A stretch of DNA of 62,376 nucleotides, the filler included, from Chiloscyllium plagiosum (taxonomy: Eukaryota): NCBI RefSeq assembly GCF_004010195.1. It is 5 parts of one record of this genome, joined end to end, with 100 filler letters (N's around TTAATTAATTAA, not from the genome) between each part and the next. Parts side by side here need not be neighbours in the genome. Positions count along the whole stretch, not along the records: positions 12,911 to 34,690 come from NC_057712.1; positions 34,791 to 43,367 come from NC_057712.1; 3 more parts are not named here. The stretch is one strand, 5' to 3'. Shown here piece by piece: positions 25,781 to 38,569 of the stretch. Numbering within the stretch: the stretch's first letter is position 1; every line of letters starts with the position of its first letter. The notes under the pieces were generated by a model. The model was not told where the DNA came from, searched no databases, and saw only the letters and a program-made list of their open reading frames with translations. Made by a program: the position numbers and the translations under genes.

Positions 25781-26058
25781 CGGTGTTGGACCGGGTGGAC
25801 AAAGTTAAAAATCACGCAACACCAGGTTATAGTCCAACAGGTTTATTTGGAACCACTAGCTTTCGAAAGCACTGCTTCTTCATCAGGTGGTTTTGAAGCA
25901 GGACCATAAGACACAGAATTTATAGCAAAGGATTACAGTGTCATGTAGCTGAAATGATATATTGAACAATCTAGGTTTGTTTTGAAGCGGTGCTTCGAAA
26001 GCTCATGCTTCCAAATAAACCTGTTGGACTATAACCTGGTGTTGTGCGATTTTTAACA
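25781..26058. mobile_element. Inverted pLTR pair of the second hammerhead family
   Basis: Arms aaaatcacgcaacaccaggttatagtccaacaggtttatttgg / ccaaataaacctgttggactataacctggtgttgtgcgattttt. Minus strand 25853-25890 reads ccacCTGATGAagaagcagtgctttcGAAAGCTAgtgg. Confidence 0.8.
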
Positions 26059-27519
26059 AAATCAGAGTCCCTGTAGAACTGTGACTAACTCCAACAAATG
26101 CAGATGATCGCAGTGTTAATGGAAAGGTACATACATGTTTGGGTTTACAACCATTTAAAAGTTATTAGTTTTCTTTACTTTTGAGAAAAAATTATGGCTG
26201 AGCAACATTTTAAAATTCAATTCAGAAGGTAACAGGATTGAGTTTAGAAGCATGTTTAGTTTCTCTGCTAGAAAATGTTCAGGGCAGTTCAGAAAACTAA
26301 TAATCTTAGAAGAGGAGTTTAGTTTGTTAAACTTCCAAATCATGGAAGTTTGTTGAGAAATCTGCATACCATACTGAGAAAGTTTAGGCATTCAGATTTG
26401 TGTTACATGTTGGCAGAATTTGAAAGCATTCTATGAAATGCCACTCCAGCCAAAAGCAAAGAACCTGCAAAGAGACAGTTAAATGGGAACCCTGAAGAGC
26501 TGAGACACAGGTGCAAAATCTCTGTAATGGATAATGTCAAGAAATAGGTTGAAAGTTTGTTCTGCGATGCGTTTTGAGATCTTTCTAACTTTCTTCTCCA
26601 TTTTGATACTATCATTTTGTGTTCTTTTACATAATAAAATGGAATATTGTGCACAGTTCTGGTCACCACACTATCAGAAGGACATGAATGCATTGGGTGG
26701 GTGCAAATGAGAGTCACAGTTATAAGAGAAACTTGATCGGCTGGAATGACTTTCCCTGGAGTAGAGGAGGCCGAGATGGGATCTGACTGAGGTATACAAA
26801 CTGATGAGAGGAATAGATGGCATAGGTTGTGAGAATCTTTTCCCCGTGGAGACATGTCTAAGACCAGAGGGCATAAGTTTAAGGTGAGGAGATCTGAGAA
26901 AAGCATACATGGAACACACTGCCTGAAGCAAGTGTTGGACGCAGGTATTCTTGCAACATCTGGATGAGCATTTAAACAGTAGGTTACGGATTAAGTGCAA
27001 GTAAATGGAATTAGCATAGTTAGGTGTTTGTTAGTCAGCATAGACATGGCAGGCCAAAAGGACTGTTTCTATGCCATATGTCTTTATGATTAAATGGGTG
27101 TACTATTGTTAATGAATGTCCACAGCCTCATAAATATACTTCAGTGATTATCTAACAAGTCAGCTAACTAAAAAACATGTTATATCAAATCAGATTTCAC
27201 ATTCTGGGATCTGACTTACCATCAGCTGGGGTCATTACAAAAGTCATAGGTTAAAAACAAAATGGATGAATTACCACTGTAAAGATTCAAATTAAGAGAA
27301 TGAAATTAAATCAGAAACTACCCATATTTTAAGCACTATGAGCTCCTGAGCTCCCTTGATGCATCAAAATACCATTTATAGCATGCACAATTATTGATAA
27401 TGAGGTGACACACATACACACCCAATGTTGATTATACTTGTATAAAGTTTGTAAGATTAATAGGTTTTAAACCATCTTTTTCCAAGTCTATCTAGATCAT
27501 TCAGGATCTCATACACTTC

Positions 27520-27855
27520 TGGCTTGTATTGCAGAATAGCATCAATAGTGTGGGCTCAATTCCCACATTAGTTGAAGTTACCATGAAGATCCACATCCTT
27601 GACCTTACCCCTCCACCTCAAGCATGGTGACTCTCAGGTTTAACTCATCATAAGTTATCACTCTCTCTCTAATGAGAACCAGCCTATGGTCCTCTAGGAT
27701 GTTAGGAGAAAGTGAGGACCGCGGATGCTGGAGATCAAAGTCGAAGAATGTGATGAAGGACTTTCTCAAAACCTTGATTCGCCTGCTCCTCGGATGCTGT
27801 CTGGCTGGCTGTGCTTTTCCACACTCCTCTAGGATGGTGAAGACTTCACCTTATT
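27520..27855 (+). mobile_element. tRNA-derived SINE interrupted by a decayed palindromic pLTR element (~27703-27824)
   Basis: Homology to 25033-25195. The insert is flanked by a TCCTCTAGGATG duplication. Confidence 0.7.
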
Positions 27856-28869
27856 TTTGTAACTGAAGATAAAATAGAGTATTACGGAGAGCTATGTACT
27901 CTGTCATGATTTCTGCCAGCAACTTGGTTACAATGGGGAGGATTGTGGGCTGGCTTTCTGCTTCTGAAATTTCAGATAGAATGAGAAAGCCAGAGAGAGA
28001 TGAAAAAGACAAAAGACTCCAGCTTGGGTGGTCAACTTGGGATTGAATCTTACAAAAATGTGGCTGAATGACAATTTCATTGAGATTCAAGGAACATTTT
28101 TCTTCATGAAGCTGAATGAGGTTTCTCACCATATCATACCAAATCCATTCCATTAACTACCTGCCATGACCTTTGGTGCCCCTCTCATCCAGTTGAGATT
28201 CATCCAGAATCTCAACCAGATTCTAACACCTCACCACAGCCAGAAGAACTCACCACTCACTAGATGCCCTGGAATAGACAGACATTCCTGGCACCAGTGA
28301 CTTCTTTCAACCCCAGCCATTTTCTTGTCCCATAAGCCTATACAGATTGCCTGTCCATAGTCACATCCCACCCTACGACCTTCTCTAAGTCACCACCACT
28401 CTACCCCAATTAGCAGTGCAGTGTGTATATTATCATTGTCCAGTGGGTGACCACCATAGATGAGCAAGCATTCATATATTTACAGAGATGAGCTTTTATT
28501 TGCAGGCATTAAAAGTGAAAGTAAGAAGAAAATAATGTTAGGCTGCAGTTCACCTGCTACAATGCAAACACAAAGTTGCTGTGATCACAAGTTAATATTT
28601 TGCATGACATGATTATCTGCTGCACCCAATTCTCATCTGTTGGAACTAGTTATCAATTAAATCATAGAAACATAGAAAATAGGATGGGGGATGCCATTTG
28701 GCCCTCCGCACCTGATCAACCATTCAATACATCATATACCATACAAAACCATCCTTATACAATCAGAAGATGGCAACACCAGCAATGTAAGCAACATTCA
28801 ACCTCCTGCTCCAGGCAACTGCTTCCTCCCTTATATCCTTGCCTTTGTGGTCCTTTTTCTTTTTCTTAG

Positions 28870-29470
28870 TCTTCTTGCCATCAGCAGCAGCGGAGGCATC
28901 GCGAAGAGGGGCTGCCAGAGCAGGACTCATGGGGAGGCATCAGCCTGACCTGGCCTGGTGGCGGAGCCAGGACTCCAGGCATTGGCTTCAGCAAAGCCAA
29001 GGACTCCTGATTATGGTGGGCCCAAAGCAGGGACTTCAGGCATCAGTGAGATGGCAGCGAAAGCTCATGGTTGTGGTCGGCCTGGAACCAGGGTTTGCTG
29101 ATTGTTGGCGAGGTGACGGCAGCAGCGAAGCCAGACTCTCCTGGTTGCTGAGGCAGTGTGATTCCAAAGGGACCCAGTATCAATAATCCATCGGCAGAGT
29201 GGGCCCAGTTACAAACAGATGGCGCTTGAAGGGTGGCTGTCCCAACACTGGTGGACCCGGCAAGGGTGTCATTGGTTGGCTGGCAAACAGCTTGGGAGTA
29301 ATGGTAGAAGCGGCAGAGTGAAAATTGACTTTCTTTCTGCTTTCCCTTTTTATTCTTGAAGGATTTGAATGGCGCCAGATTGTGGCAACAGTTAAAGCTT
29401 TTCATTGTATTTTACCATGTTGTTCATTGTAGAGTACAAGTGACAATAAATTATGGTTCATTCATTCATT
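28870..29470 (+). mobile_element. GC-rich non-autonomous retroelement, Rex1/Babar-like 3' end
   Basis: atggcgcc..., gtgacaataaa followed by a (ttca)n tail. Same architecture as 33421-34238. Confidence 0.5.
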
Positions 29471-29695
29471 ATGATCATGGCTGCTCAGCCTGCTTAATAC
29501 TCATCCCTGTTTTCAGCCTATACTCTTGGATCATTTTAGGACCAGTCCTCTTAAAATTTTATAGGCTTCTATGAGATCCCCCTTCAGTCTTCTGAACATC
29601 AGTCAATATAGTCCTAACCAATCCAGTCTCTCACAATAGATCAGTCTTGCAATCTAATACCCCAGGCTAATGTCCTGGGGAATTGGGTTCTAATC

Positions 29696-29885
29696 ACACA
29701 GTCCAAAGATGTGCAGGTTCGGTGAATTGGTCACGCTAAATTGCCCATAGAGTTAGGTGCATTAGTTAGGGGGAATGGGTCCGGGTGGGTTACTCTTCAG
29801 AGGGTCGGTGTGGACTTGTTGGGCTGAAGGGTCTGTTTCCACACTGCAGGGAATGAGTGAAATGAAATGAAATGAAATGAAATGA
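29696..29885 (+). mobile_element. HE1-type V-SINE 3' half with (gaaat)n tail, nested in another SINE (~29655-30150)
   Basis: cacagtccaaagatgtgcagg...ctaaattgcccatag...ctgtttccacactg, then five gaaat repeats. Confidence 0.8.
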
Positions 29886-30629
29886 TGGATGGTGAAATCC
29901 CACCATGGCAAATGGCAAAATTTGAATTCAATAAATTTTAGAATAAATGTTGATAGGTTTTTAAAAACCTATCTGGTTCACTCGTGTCTTTTAAGGAAGG
30001 AGATCTGCCACCCTTACTTGGTCTGGCCTACATATGATTCCAGACTCTCAATGTGGTTGACTCTTAACTGCCCTCTGAGCAACTTAGGATCAGCAGTAAA
30101 TGCAGGCCAAGCTAGTAATGTTCACACCCTGTGAATGAATAAAAAGAAATGTCCTGCCATCAGAGCCTGTGGTGCAGGCTCAAAGAGCCAAATGGTCTAC
30201 TCCTGGACCTATTTTCTATGTTTCTATGAATCAACCTGGTAAACCTTTGTTGCACTCCCTCCATAGCCAGAACATCCTTCCTCAGATAATGAGATTAAAA
30301 CTGCACACCATACTCCAGGTGTGATATCACTTACAATTGCAGCAAGACATCCCTACTCCTGTACTCAAACCTTTCACTATGAAGCCCATTTGCCTTCTTC
30401 ACTATCTTCTGCACCTGTATGCTTACTTTCACCAACTGTTGTGCAAAGATAGTGATCTATGTTGGGGCCACAAGAAACAGAACAGGTTATTAGCTCAGAG
30501 GAGGGTCAGTATTGGCATACCCTGCAAATGATGCCTGCACACAGTCCTCCATATGATAAGACATGCAGCACCACAATGAGGGTCATGTATCATATTCTTA
30601 AAACTCTTCGAGCTAGCAAATTTTTTTAT

Positions 30630-31460
30630 ACTTACTTATGGTATGTAAACATTGCTTGCTGGACCAGTGTTAACTGCCCATCCCTACATACCCTTAAGAA
30701 GGTGTGGTGTGCTGCCTTCTCAAAAGCATGCAGTCCATGTGCTGCAGATAGACCGTAATTCCGACACAGAGGGAATTCTAGAATTTTGACTAAACAACAC
30801 TAAAGGAATTGCAATATTTTTCAAAGTCAGGATAGTGAATGGCTTGGAAGAGAACCTGCAGTTGGCGTAGGTCCCACACATTTGCTGCCCTTATCCTTCT
30901 AGATGGTAGTGGTCATGGGTTGGGGATGCTGTCTTAAGGTGAATTTCTGCAGTGCACCTATTAGATAGTGCACACTGATGCTATTGAGTGTCAATGATGA
31001 CTCGAGTGACTCTATGTTTGTAGGTGTGGTACCAATCAAGTGGGCTGCTTTGCCTGGATTCTGTCAAGCTTCTTGAGCATTGTTGGAGGCATGTGGAAAG
31101 CAATCATCCATGCAAGTGAGAAGTATTCCATCAAACTCCTCTCACTTGTGCCATGTAGATAATCGACAGACTTTGGGGAGTCAGGAGGTGAGTTACTTGC
31201 TGCAGAAGTCCTAGACTTCATCTTGCACTGTAACCACTACATTCACACCATTACATTCAGTTCAATTTCTGGTCAATGGTAACCCCAGAATATTGATATT
31301 AGGAGTTTAAATGATGGTGACACCAATGAATGCTTAAGGGGCAATGGTTAAATTGCCTCTTACTGGAGATGTTCATTGCCTAAGTTGGAATGGCATGAAT
31401 GCTATTGCCCCTTTTCAGCATAAGCCTGGAAATTGACAATGATTGCTGTATTTGGACTAG
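30630..31460 (-). mobile_element. Decayed LINE (CR1/L2 group) 3' RT region
   Basis: RSLMEYFSLAWM...TMLKKLDRIQAK motif. A related copy lies at ~40630-40920. Confidence 0.7.
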
Positions 31461-32099
31461 TATAGCTTCTATATCAATAACTTTGTGAACTAATTATTAG
31501 AAAGATAATTGGTTTTAATGTGTGCCTGTGTTTTGCTGAAGAAATACATCAAGTTCTATAACTTAGCAAGAATGAACTGAACTATCACAGTAACTAAAAG
31601 CTGAACTCTAGTGAATCAAATGTGATGATGTGGACTATTTATCAGCTAAATTTGTGGTTGCCATAGATTCGTGCAAGAAAGGTAAAGCTGAGGTCAAAGT
31701 TCATTAAAAGCAAACAATAAGGCTCATTTCAGGCTCTTTCTACCATTAAATCTTAATGAGTAATTACTTAATCTGGCCATGGCAGCTGACCTGTTTGCCA
31801 GTGGTCAAACTGACCATCTGCTGGAGACTGGGTGGTAGAAAAGTTTGAATGCACAAGTTCTTTGAATGTAAATAGGCAAATAAAGGAAGATAGCCTTACG
31901 GAATAGTTAGCTAGCTCACGAAGGAGGTTGCCTGATTAGCCGCTGCAGGTTAGGACACAGCAGGATGACCACCTGCTCCGGTCAGATCCTCACACAAGTC
32001 CACATAAACGTGTTCACTTATGATAGTAAGTATTGTGCGGGTAAGGCTTTTTCAGTTTTTTGTATTGAACTATGCTTTAATCTAGGACAGAGTCTAGTA

Positions 32100-33420
32100 T
32101 ACAGAAAGGTGTAGATGGGTTGGTCAGTTGAACTGAGCAGCAACAGATGATAGTTAATCCTGACAAGTGCATGATGATGCACTTTGGAAGATGAAATCAT
32201 GAGGGAGTGTACAATGAATGGTAGGTCACTGGATAGCTCAGAGGAACAGATGGATCTTGGGGTAATTACTCACAGATCCCTGAAGACAGCAGAGAACATG
32301 AATAGGCTAATTAAGGCAGTTTATGGGACATTTGTTTAAATCCATCATGGCGTAGAATATAAGAGCAAGGAGGTAATGTACGAGTGTTGATTAGGCCACA
32401 GCTGGAATACCATGTGCAGTTCTGGTCATTTCACAACAAGGATAGAACTAGAGAGGATATAGAGGAAGTTCATCAGGGTTGGAGCAATTGAGCTGAGGAG
32501 AAACTAGATACGGTTGGATTTTTTTCTTCAGAGCAGAGAAGACAGAGGAGGGGATCATGAGTCATAGAGATGTACAACATGGAAACAGACCCTTCAGTCC
32601 AATGCGTCCATACCAACAGATATCCCAAATTAATCTCGTCCCATTTGCCAGCATGTGGCCCATATCCCTCCAAACCCTTCCTATTCATACACCCATCCAG
32701 ATGGATTTTACATGTTGCAATTGTACCAGCCTCCACACTTCCTCTGGCAGCTCATTCCATACACGCACCACCCTCTGCGTTAAAAAGTTGCCCCTTAGGT
32801 CTCCTTCCCATCGCACCTTCTAGTTCTGGACTCCCCCACCCCAGGGAAGACACTTTGTCTATTTATTCTATCCATGCCTCTCATGATTTTATAAACCTCT
32901 ATAAGGTCACCCGTCAGCTTCCGACACTCCGGAGAAAACAGACACAGCCTATCCCTATAGTTCAAACCCTCCAATCCTGGCAACATCCTTGTAAATCTTT
33001 TCTGAACCCTCACAAGTTTCACAACATCCTTCTGATAGTAGGGAGACCAGAATTGCACACAGTATTCCAAATGCGGCCTAACCAATGTCCTATACAGCCA
33101 CAACATGACCTAACTCCTATACTCAACGCTCTGACCAATAAAGAAAATCATACCAAACGCCTTCTTCACTATCCTATCTACCTCGGACTCCATTTTCAAG
33201 GAAATATGAACCTGCAATCTGAGGTCTTTTTACAGCAACACTCCGCAGGGCCTTACCATTAAGTGTAAAAGTCCTGTCCTGATTTGCCTTTCCAAAATGC
33301 AGCACCTCACATTTATCTAATCGGCCCAGTGCAGAAGATTATTAGGGGTATGGATAAGGTTAGTAGGGAGCAGCTGTTACCCTTGGTTGAGGGGTCAACA
33401 ATGAGGGGACACAGTTTTTT
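32100..33420. mobile_element. Old + strand CR1 interrupted by a younger - strand CR1 3' fragment (32555-33320)
   Basis: LYRTLVRPHLEYCVQFWSPYY on the minus strand. The host CR1 resumes at ~33335. Confidence 0.88.
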
Positions 33421-34238
33421 CAAGACGGCTGTGGCAGAGTAACTGCGTTCAGGCTACTCATTCACTTCTGTCTGTTTTGCTTTCCTTTTTTCTTACTTTT
33501 CCATTTTGTTTATAACTTTCTCTTTTATGCCTTTTCTCTTACCTTTTCTTCTCAGGTGCAGAGAGTGCCCTGCATGGCATGGCAGATGGACATGGCGGCG
33601 TGGGCCCAGAAAGTGGCATGGCCGACAAAATGATGAAGGAGTAGGCATCCAGCAACAGTGGCAGTAACGCTAGGATGAGGTGAACGTGGCTCCACCCCAG
33701 TCCGAGGTTTCCCAGCAAGCAAAGAGCAAGTCCCAAGCATGAAGCCCTGGTCCAGACTCGCAGGCTGAGCCAAGGCTCCAGGCCCAGATGCCCGACGGCA
33801 CAGATGGCAACAGCGGCATGTTTGGTCCCAACACAGGAACCTGCAGCACCACTGGTGGCTGCATCAGCAAGGCCAGCCCAGCATAAACTCATGGCGGCAG
33901 CAAGATGGCACTGGTGAGTGGCAACTCTTTGTTCCAATGGCAGCAATGTGGCAAAGCACCGTTGCAGCACTGTAGTCGATTTAGCAGCAGGGACTCCATG
34001 CTTCGGAGAGAAAGAACCCAGATTTGGGCCCATTGCTGAGCTCGAAGCATCAGCTGTTCTGAAGACTGTCTAATTTTATTGACAGAAGATTGTAAGATGA
34101 ACATTATTGTTTTATTTTCTGGTTTTATATTCTGTGCTTTCTACATTATAAGATGGCACCAAACAGTGATGACAATAAACAACACTTTTTCCGTATTTGT
34201 AATAAATGCATGTGACAATAAACCAAATCAAATCAAAT
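33421..34238 (+). mobile_element. GC-rich non-autonomous retroelement, Rex1/Babar-like termini
   Basis: Starts caagacggc and ends gtgacaataaa plus (caaat)n. Inserted into the CR1 sequence ggggacacagtttt|agggtaagggg. Confidence 0.55.
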
Positions 34239-34361
34239 TTTAGGGTAAGGGGTAGGAAATTCAGAGAGGACCTGAGAAAAAATGTTTCCACTCAGAGGGC
34301 AGTGAGAATATGGAATGCACTGTCTGGGGAGCTAGTGAAGGCCAGAAACCTTGCAACCTTT

Positions 34362-34690
34362 AGCAGAGGCATCACCTTCATTCCCCTACGCTCTCGGAAC
34401 ACCAGGTCCTAGCTCCCAGCCCTGCCGAGTTTTCACCATCCCTCCAGACCTACCCCTCTCTGATCTGAGGATGAAAGATCAGTCCTCAGCAGAGGCCTCA
34501 CCTTCATTCCCCTACGCTCTCGAATTAATGAGTTCAACACACGGCGTGACATCGAACAATTCTTCCGCCGCCTTCGCCTCCGCGCATGAAAGATCAGTCC
34601 TCAGCAGAGGCCTCACCTTCATTCCCCTACGCTCTCGAATTAATGAGTTCAACACACGGCGTGACATCGAACAATTCTTCCGCCGCCTTC
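34362..34690 (+). mobile_element. Penelope-like ORF N-terminal fragment, internally duplicated
   Basis: ERSVLSRGLTFIPLRSRINEFNTRRDIEQFFRRL is the conserved PLE 'L.KGL.F.P' region. Confidence 0.8.
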
Positions 34691-34790
34691 NNNNNNNNNN
34701 NNNNNNNNNNNNNNNNNNNNNNNNNNNNNNNNNNTTAATTAATTAANNNNNNNNNNNNNNNNNNNNNNNNNNNNNNNNNNNNNNNNNNNN
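34691..34790. other. Artificial contig linker
   Basis: N44-TTAATTAATTAA-N44. Confidence 0.97.
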
Positions 34791-35855
34791 GGGGATGTGG
34801 GCACAGGTTTTATGCCTCTGCAGCAGCAAGGGGAGGTGCTGGCAGTGGAGGGTGGGTTGGTCGGGGGAGTATACCTTATGAGGGAGTCGCGGAGGGAATG
34901 GTCTCTGTGGAATGCTGATAGGGGTGAAGAGGGAAATATATCTCTGGTTGTGGGGTCTGACCGTAGATGGCTGAAATGGCGGAGGATGATGCGCAATGTC
35001 TGGATATTAGTGGGGTGGAAGGTGAGGACCAAGGTGGTGTTCTATCCTTGTTGCAATTGGAAGGATGTGGTTCAAGGGCCAAGGTGTGGGAAGTGGAGGA
35101 GATACACTGGAGGGCATTGTTGACCACATGGGAGGGGAAATTGCGCTCCTTGAAATAGGAGGTCATCTGGGATGTCCTGGAGTGGAATTGCTCCTCCTGT
35201 GAGCGAATATGGCAGAGTCAGAGGAATTGGGAATATGCAAAAGCATTTTTACGGGGGGGGGGGGCATGGGAGAAGGTGTCGTCCAGGTAGCTGTGAGGGT
35301 CGGTGGGTTTGAAGTAGATGTCTGTGTTGAGTTGGTCACTTGAAATGGAGATGGAGAGGTCCAGGAAGGAAAGGGAGGTGTCCAAGATGGTCCAGGTGAA
35401 CTTGAGCTCAGGACAGAAGGTGTTCATGAATTTGATAAACTGTTCAAACCTCTCATGGGAGCATGAGGTGGCACCAATACAGTCATCGATGTAGTGGAGG
35501 AAAAGATGGGAATAGTGCTGGTGTAATTGCGGAAGATGGACTTTTCTCACGCATCCAACGAAGAGGCAGGCATAACTGGGGCCCACGTGGGTGCCCATAA
35601 CTACTCCTTTGATCTGAAGGAAGTGGGAGGATACAAAGGAAAAGTTGTTGAGGGTGAGGGCCAGTTCTGCCAATTGAATGGGTGTGTCATTGGAAGGGAA
35701 CTGGTTGGGTTAGTGGGAGAGGAAGAAATGGGGGGCTTGAAGGCCTTCACGATCGGGGATGGATGCGTATAGGGGGATGTCCATGGTGAAGATAAAGGTG
35801 TCGGTGGCCGGGGAAACGAAGGTCAAGGTTGAGGTGGAGGGTGTGGGTGGTGTTT
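34791..35855 (-). mobile_element. Penelope-like (Neptune-type) reverse transcriptase fragment
   Basis: FTMDI.LYASIP, LTLNNFSF...LQIKGVVMGTHVGPSYACLF, YIDDC, LKFT, FLDL, IYFKPTD.HSYL, VLTFHP, then a Cys-rich linker. Confidence 0.92.
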
Positions 35856-35859
35856 TCTG

Positions 35860-38040
35860 AAATCTCAATGATATCCTTCCTATAACTGGGCAACCAGAAC
35901 TGCACACAATAATGCAGAAGAGGTCTCACCAATATCCTCCACAACCTCAACATGATGTCCCAATACCTATACTCAAAGGTCTGAGCAATGAAGGCAAGTC
36001 TGCATAATGCCTTCTTAACCACCTGTGATGCAAATTTCAAATTATGTACCTGAACCCATAGATCTCTCTGCTTTACAACACTTTCCAGGGCCCTACCATT
36101 AAATGTACAAGTCTTGCCCTTCTTTGTCTTAGCAAAATGAAATATTTCACATTTATCCAAATTAAACTCCAGCTGCCAGTCTGGAGCCCATTGACTCAGT
36201 TAGAACATAGAACATTACAGTGTAGTACAGGCCCTTCGGCCCTCGATGTTGTGCTGATCTGTGAAACCAATCTGAAGCCCATCTAACCTAAACGATTCCA
36301 TTCTCATCCATATGCTGATCCAATGATCATTCAAATGTGAGTCTACCACTGTTGCAGGCAGTGCGTTCCATGCCCCGACTACTGTCTGAGTAAAGAAACT
36401 ACCTCTGACATCTGTCCTATATCTATCACCCCTCAATTTAAAGCTATTCCCCCTCATGCAAGCCATTGCCATCCAAGGAAAACGGCTCTCCCTGTCCACC
36501 CTGTCCACCCTGTCTAACCCTCTGATTATCTTATACGTCTCAATTAAGTCACCTCTCAACCTTCTTCTCTCTAATGAAAACTGCCTCAGGTCCTTCAACC
36601 CTTTATTCTAAGACTTTCCCTGCATATCAGACAACATCCTGGTAAATCTCCTCTGAACCGTTTCCAAAGCTTCTACATCCTTCCTATAATGCGATGACCA
36701 GAACTGTGCACAATACTCCAAGTGCGGCCGCATCAGAGTTTTGTACAGCTGTAGCATGATCTCATGGTTCCAAAACAATCCCTCTACCAATAAAAGCTAA
36801 CACACCATATGCCTTCTTAACAACCCTATCAACCTGGGTGGAAGTTTTCATGGATCTATGTATATGGACACCGAGATTTCTCTGCTCATCTACACTACCA
36901 ACAATCTTACCATTAGTCCAGTACTCTTTATTCCTGTTGCTCCTTCCAAAGTGAATCACCTCACACTTTTCCACATTAAACTCCATTTGCCACCTCTCAG
37001 CTGAGCTCTGCAGCTTATCTATGTCCCTCTGTGACCTACAACATCCTTCATCACTATCCACAACTCTACCAACCTTAGTCTCATCCGCAAATTTACTCAC
37101 CCATCATTCTACGCCCTCATCCAGGTCATTTATAAAAATGACAAACAGCAGTGGCCCCAAAACAGAGCCTTGTGGTACGCCACTAGTAACTGAACTCCAG
37201 GATGAACATTTCCCATCAACCACCACCCTCTGTCTTCTAGCTAGCCAATTTCTGATCCAAACCACTAAATCACCCTCAATCCCATGCCTCTGTATTTTGT
37301 ACAATAGCCTACCATGGGGAACCTTATCAAATCCCTTGCTGAAATCCATATACACCACATCATCTGCTTTACTCTCATCCACCTGTTTGGTCATTTCTCA
37401 AAGAACTCAATAGGATTTGTGAGGCATGACCTACCCTTCACATTCCAAAACAATCCCTCTACCAATAAAAGCTAACACACCATATGCCTTCTTAACAACC
37501 CTATCAACCTGGGTGGAAGTTTTCAGAGATCTATGTGCATGAACACCGAGATCTCTCTGCTCATCTACACTACCAACAATCTTACCATTAGTCCAGTACT
37601 CTTTATTCCTGTTGCTCCTCACACTATCTCCTATAACTTTTTCCAACACTTTACCCACAACTGAAGTAATGCTCGCTGCTCTGTAATTACCTGGGGTGTC
37701 TTAAACAAGGGAACAACATTTGCTGTCCTCCAGACTTCGGGCACTATTCCTGTCGACAATGATGACATAAAGATCAAAGCCAAAGGCTCAGCCATCCCCT
37801 CGCTGGATTCCCAGAGAATCCTAGGACAATTCCTAGGATTTTTACAGAATGGCTAACACCTCCTCCCTGTGAACCTCAATCCTACCTAGTCTTGTAGCCT
37901 GTTCCTCAGTCTTCTCCTCAACAACATTGTCTTTTTCTACTTTGAATGCTGATGAAAAGCGCTTCCCCTATCTCCTCTGACTCAACACACAACTTCCCAC
38001 TACTATCCTTGATTAGTCCTAATCTTACTCTAGTCATTCC
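35860..38040 (-). mobile_element. CR1-type LINE RT region (nested copies)
   Basis: [52 protein letters not shown]. Confidence 0.93.
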
Positions 38041-38569
38041 TTATGGTAATGAGTCAAAAAAGTCCTCAATGGACCTTCTTTACAGAACTTAATTAGTGAA
38101 GCAGAGTCATTAGGGACATTTTAGCAACTGCTGGACATGCACATGGACAGCAGTGAGTTGAGAGGTGTGTATGTTAGGTTATTTTGTTTTAGATTAGGAA
38201 TAATCCTTGGCACAACATCGTGAGCCGAAGGGCCTGTTCTATGATTTTTATGTTTTATGTTCTATGTTCTATGAAGTGCTAAGAAAAGGGTCTGCCTCGA
38301 AACAGGACCATCTCACACAATTATTTCCCCTCCTTGTCACGTTTCTCACCACCCCCACGGAGGGGAACATTCTGCTAATTAAGTTGCACAGTATAGAAGA
38401 ATTTATCCTACTCAGTCTATATCAATACCTTTGAATACCAAAGCAGTTAGCTCCATTCCCCAATAAATTTCCCTATAGTTTTTCTCTGAGCATTATCTGA
38501 TTTTCTATTAAACCTGTTCTTACCACTATGATTCAAGAGACTATTCAAGTATTACTTCAGCATCTTGAG

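Noticed and set aside
34471..34690. Exact tandem duplication in a Penelope ORF fragment
   Set aside because: Directly abuts a contig end, so it cannot be distinguished from an assembly artefact.
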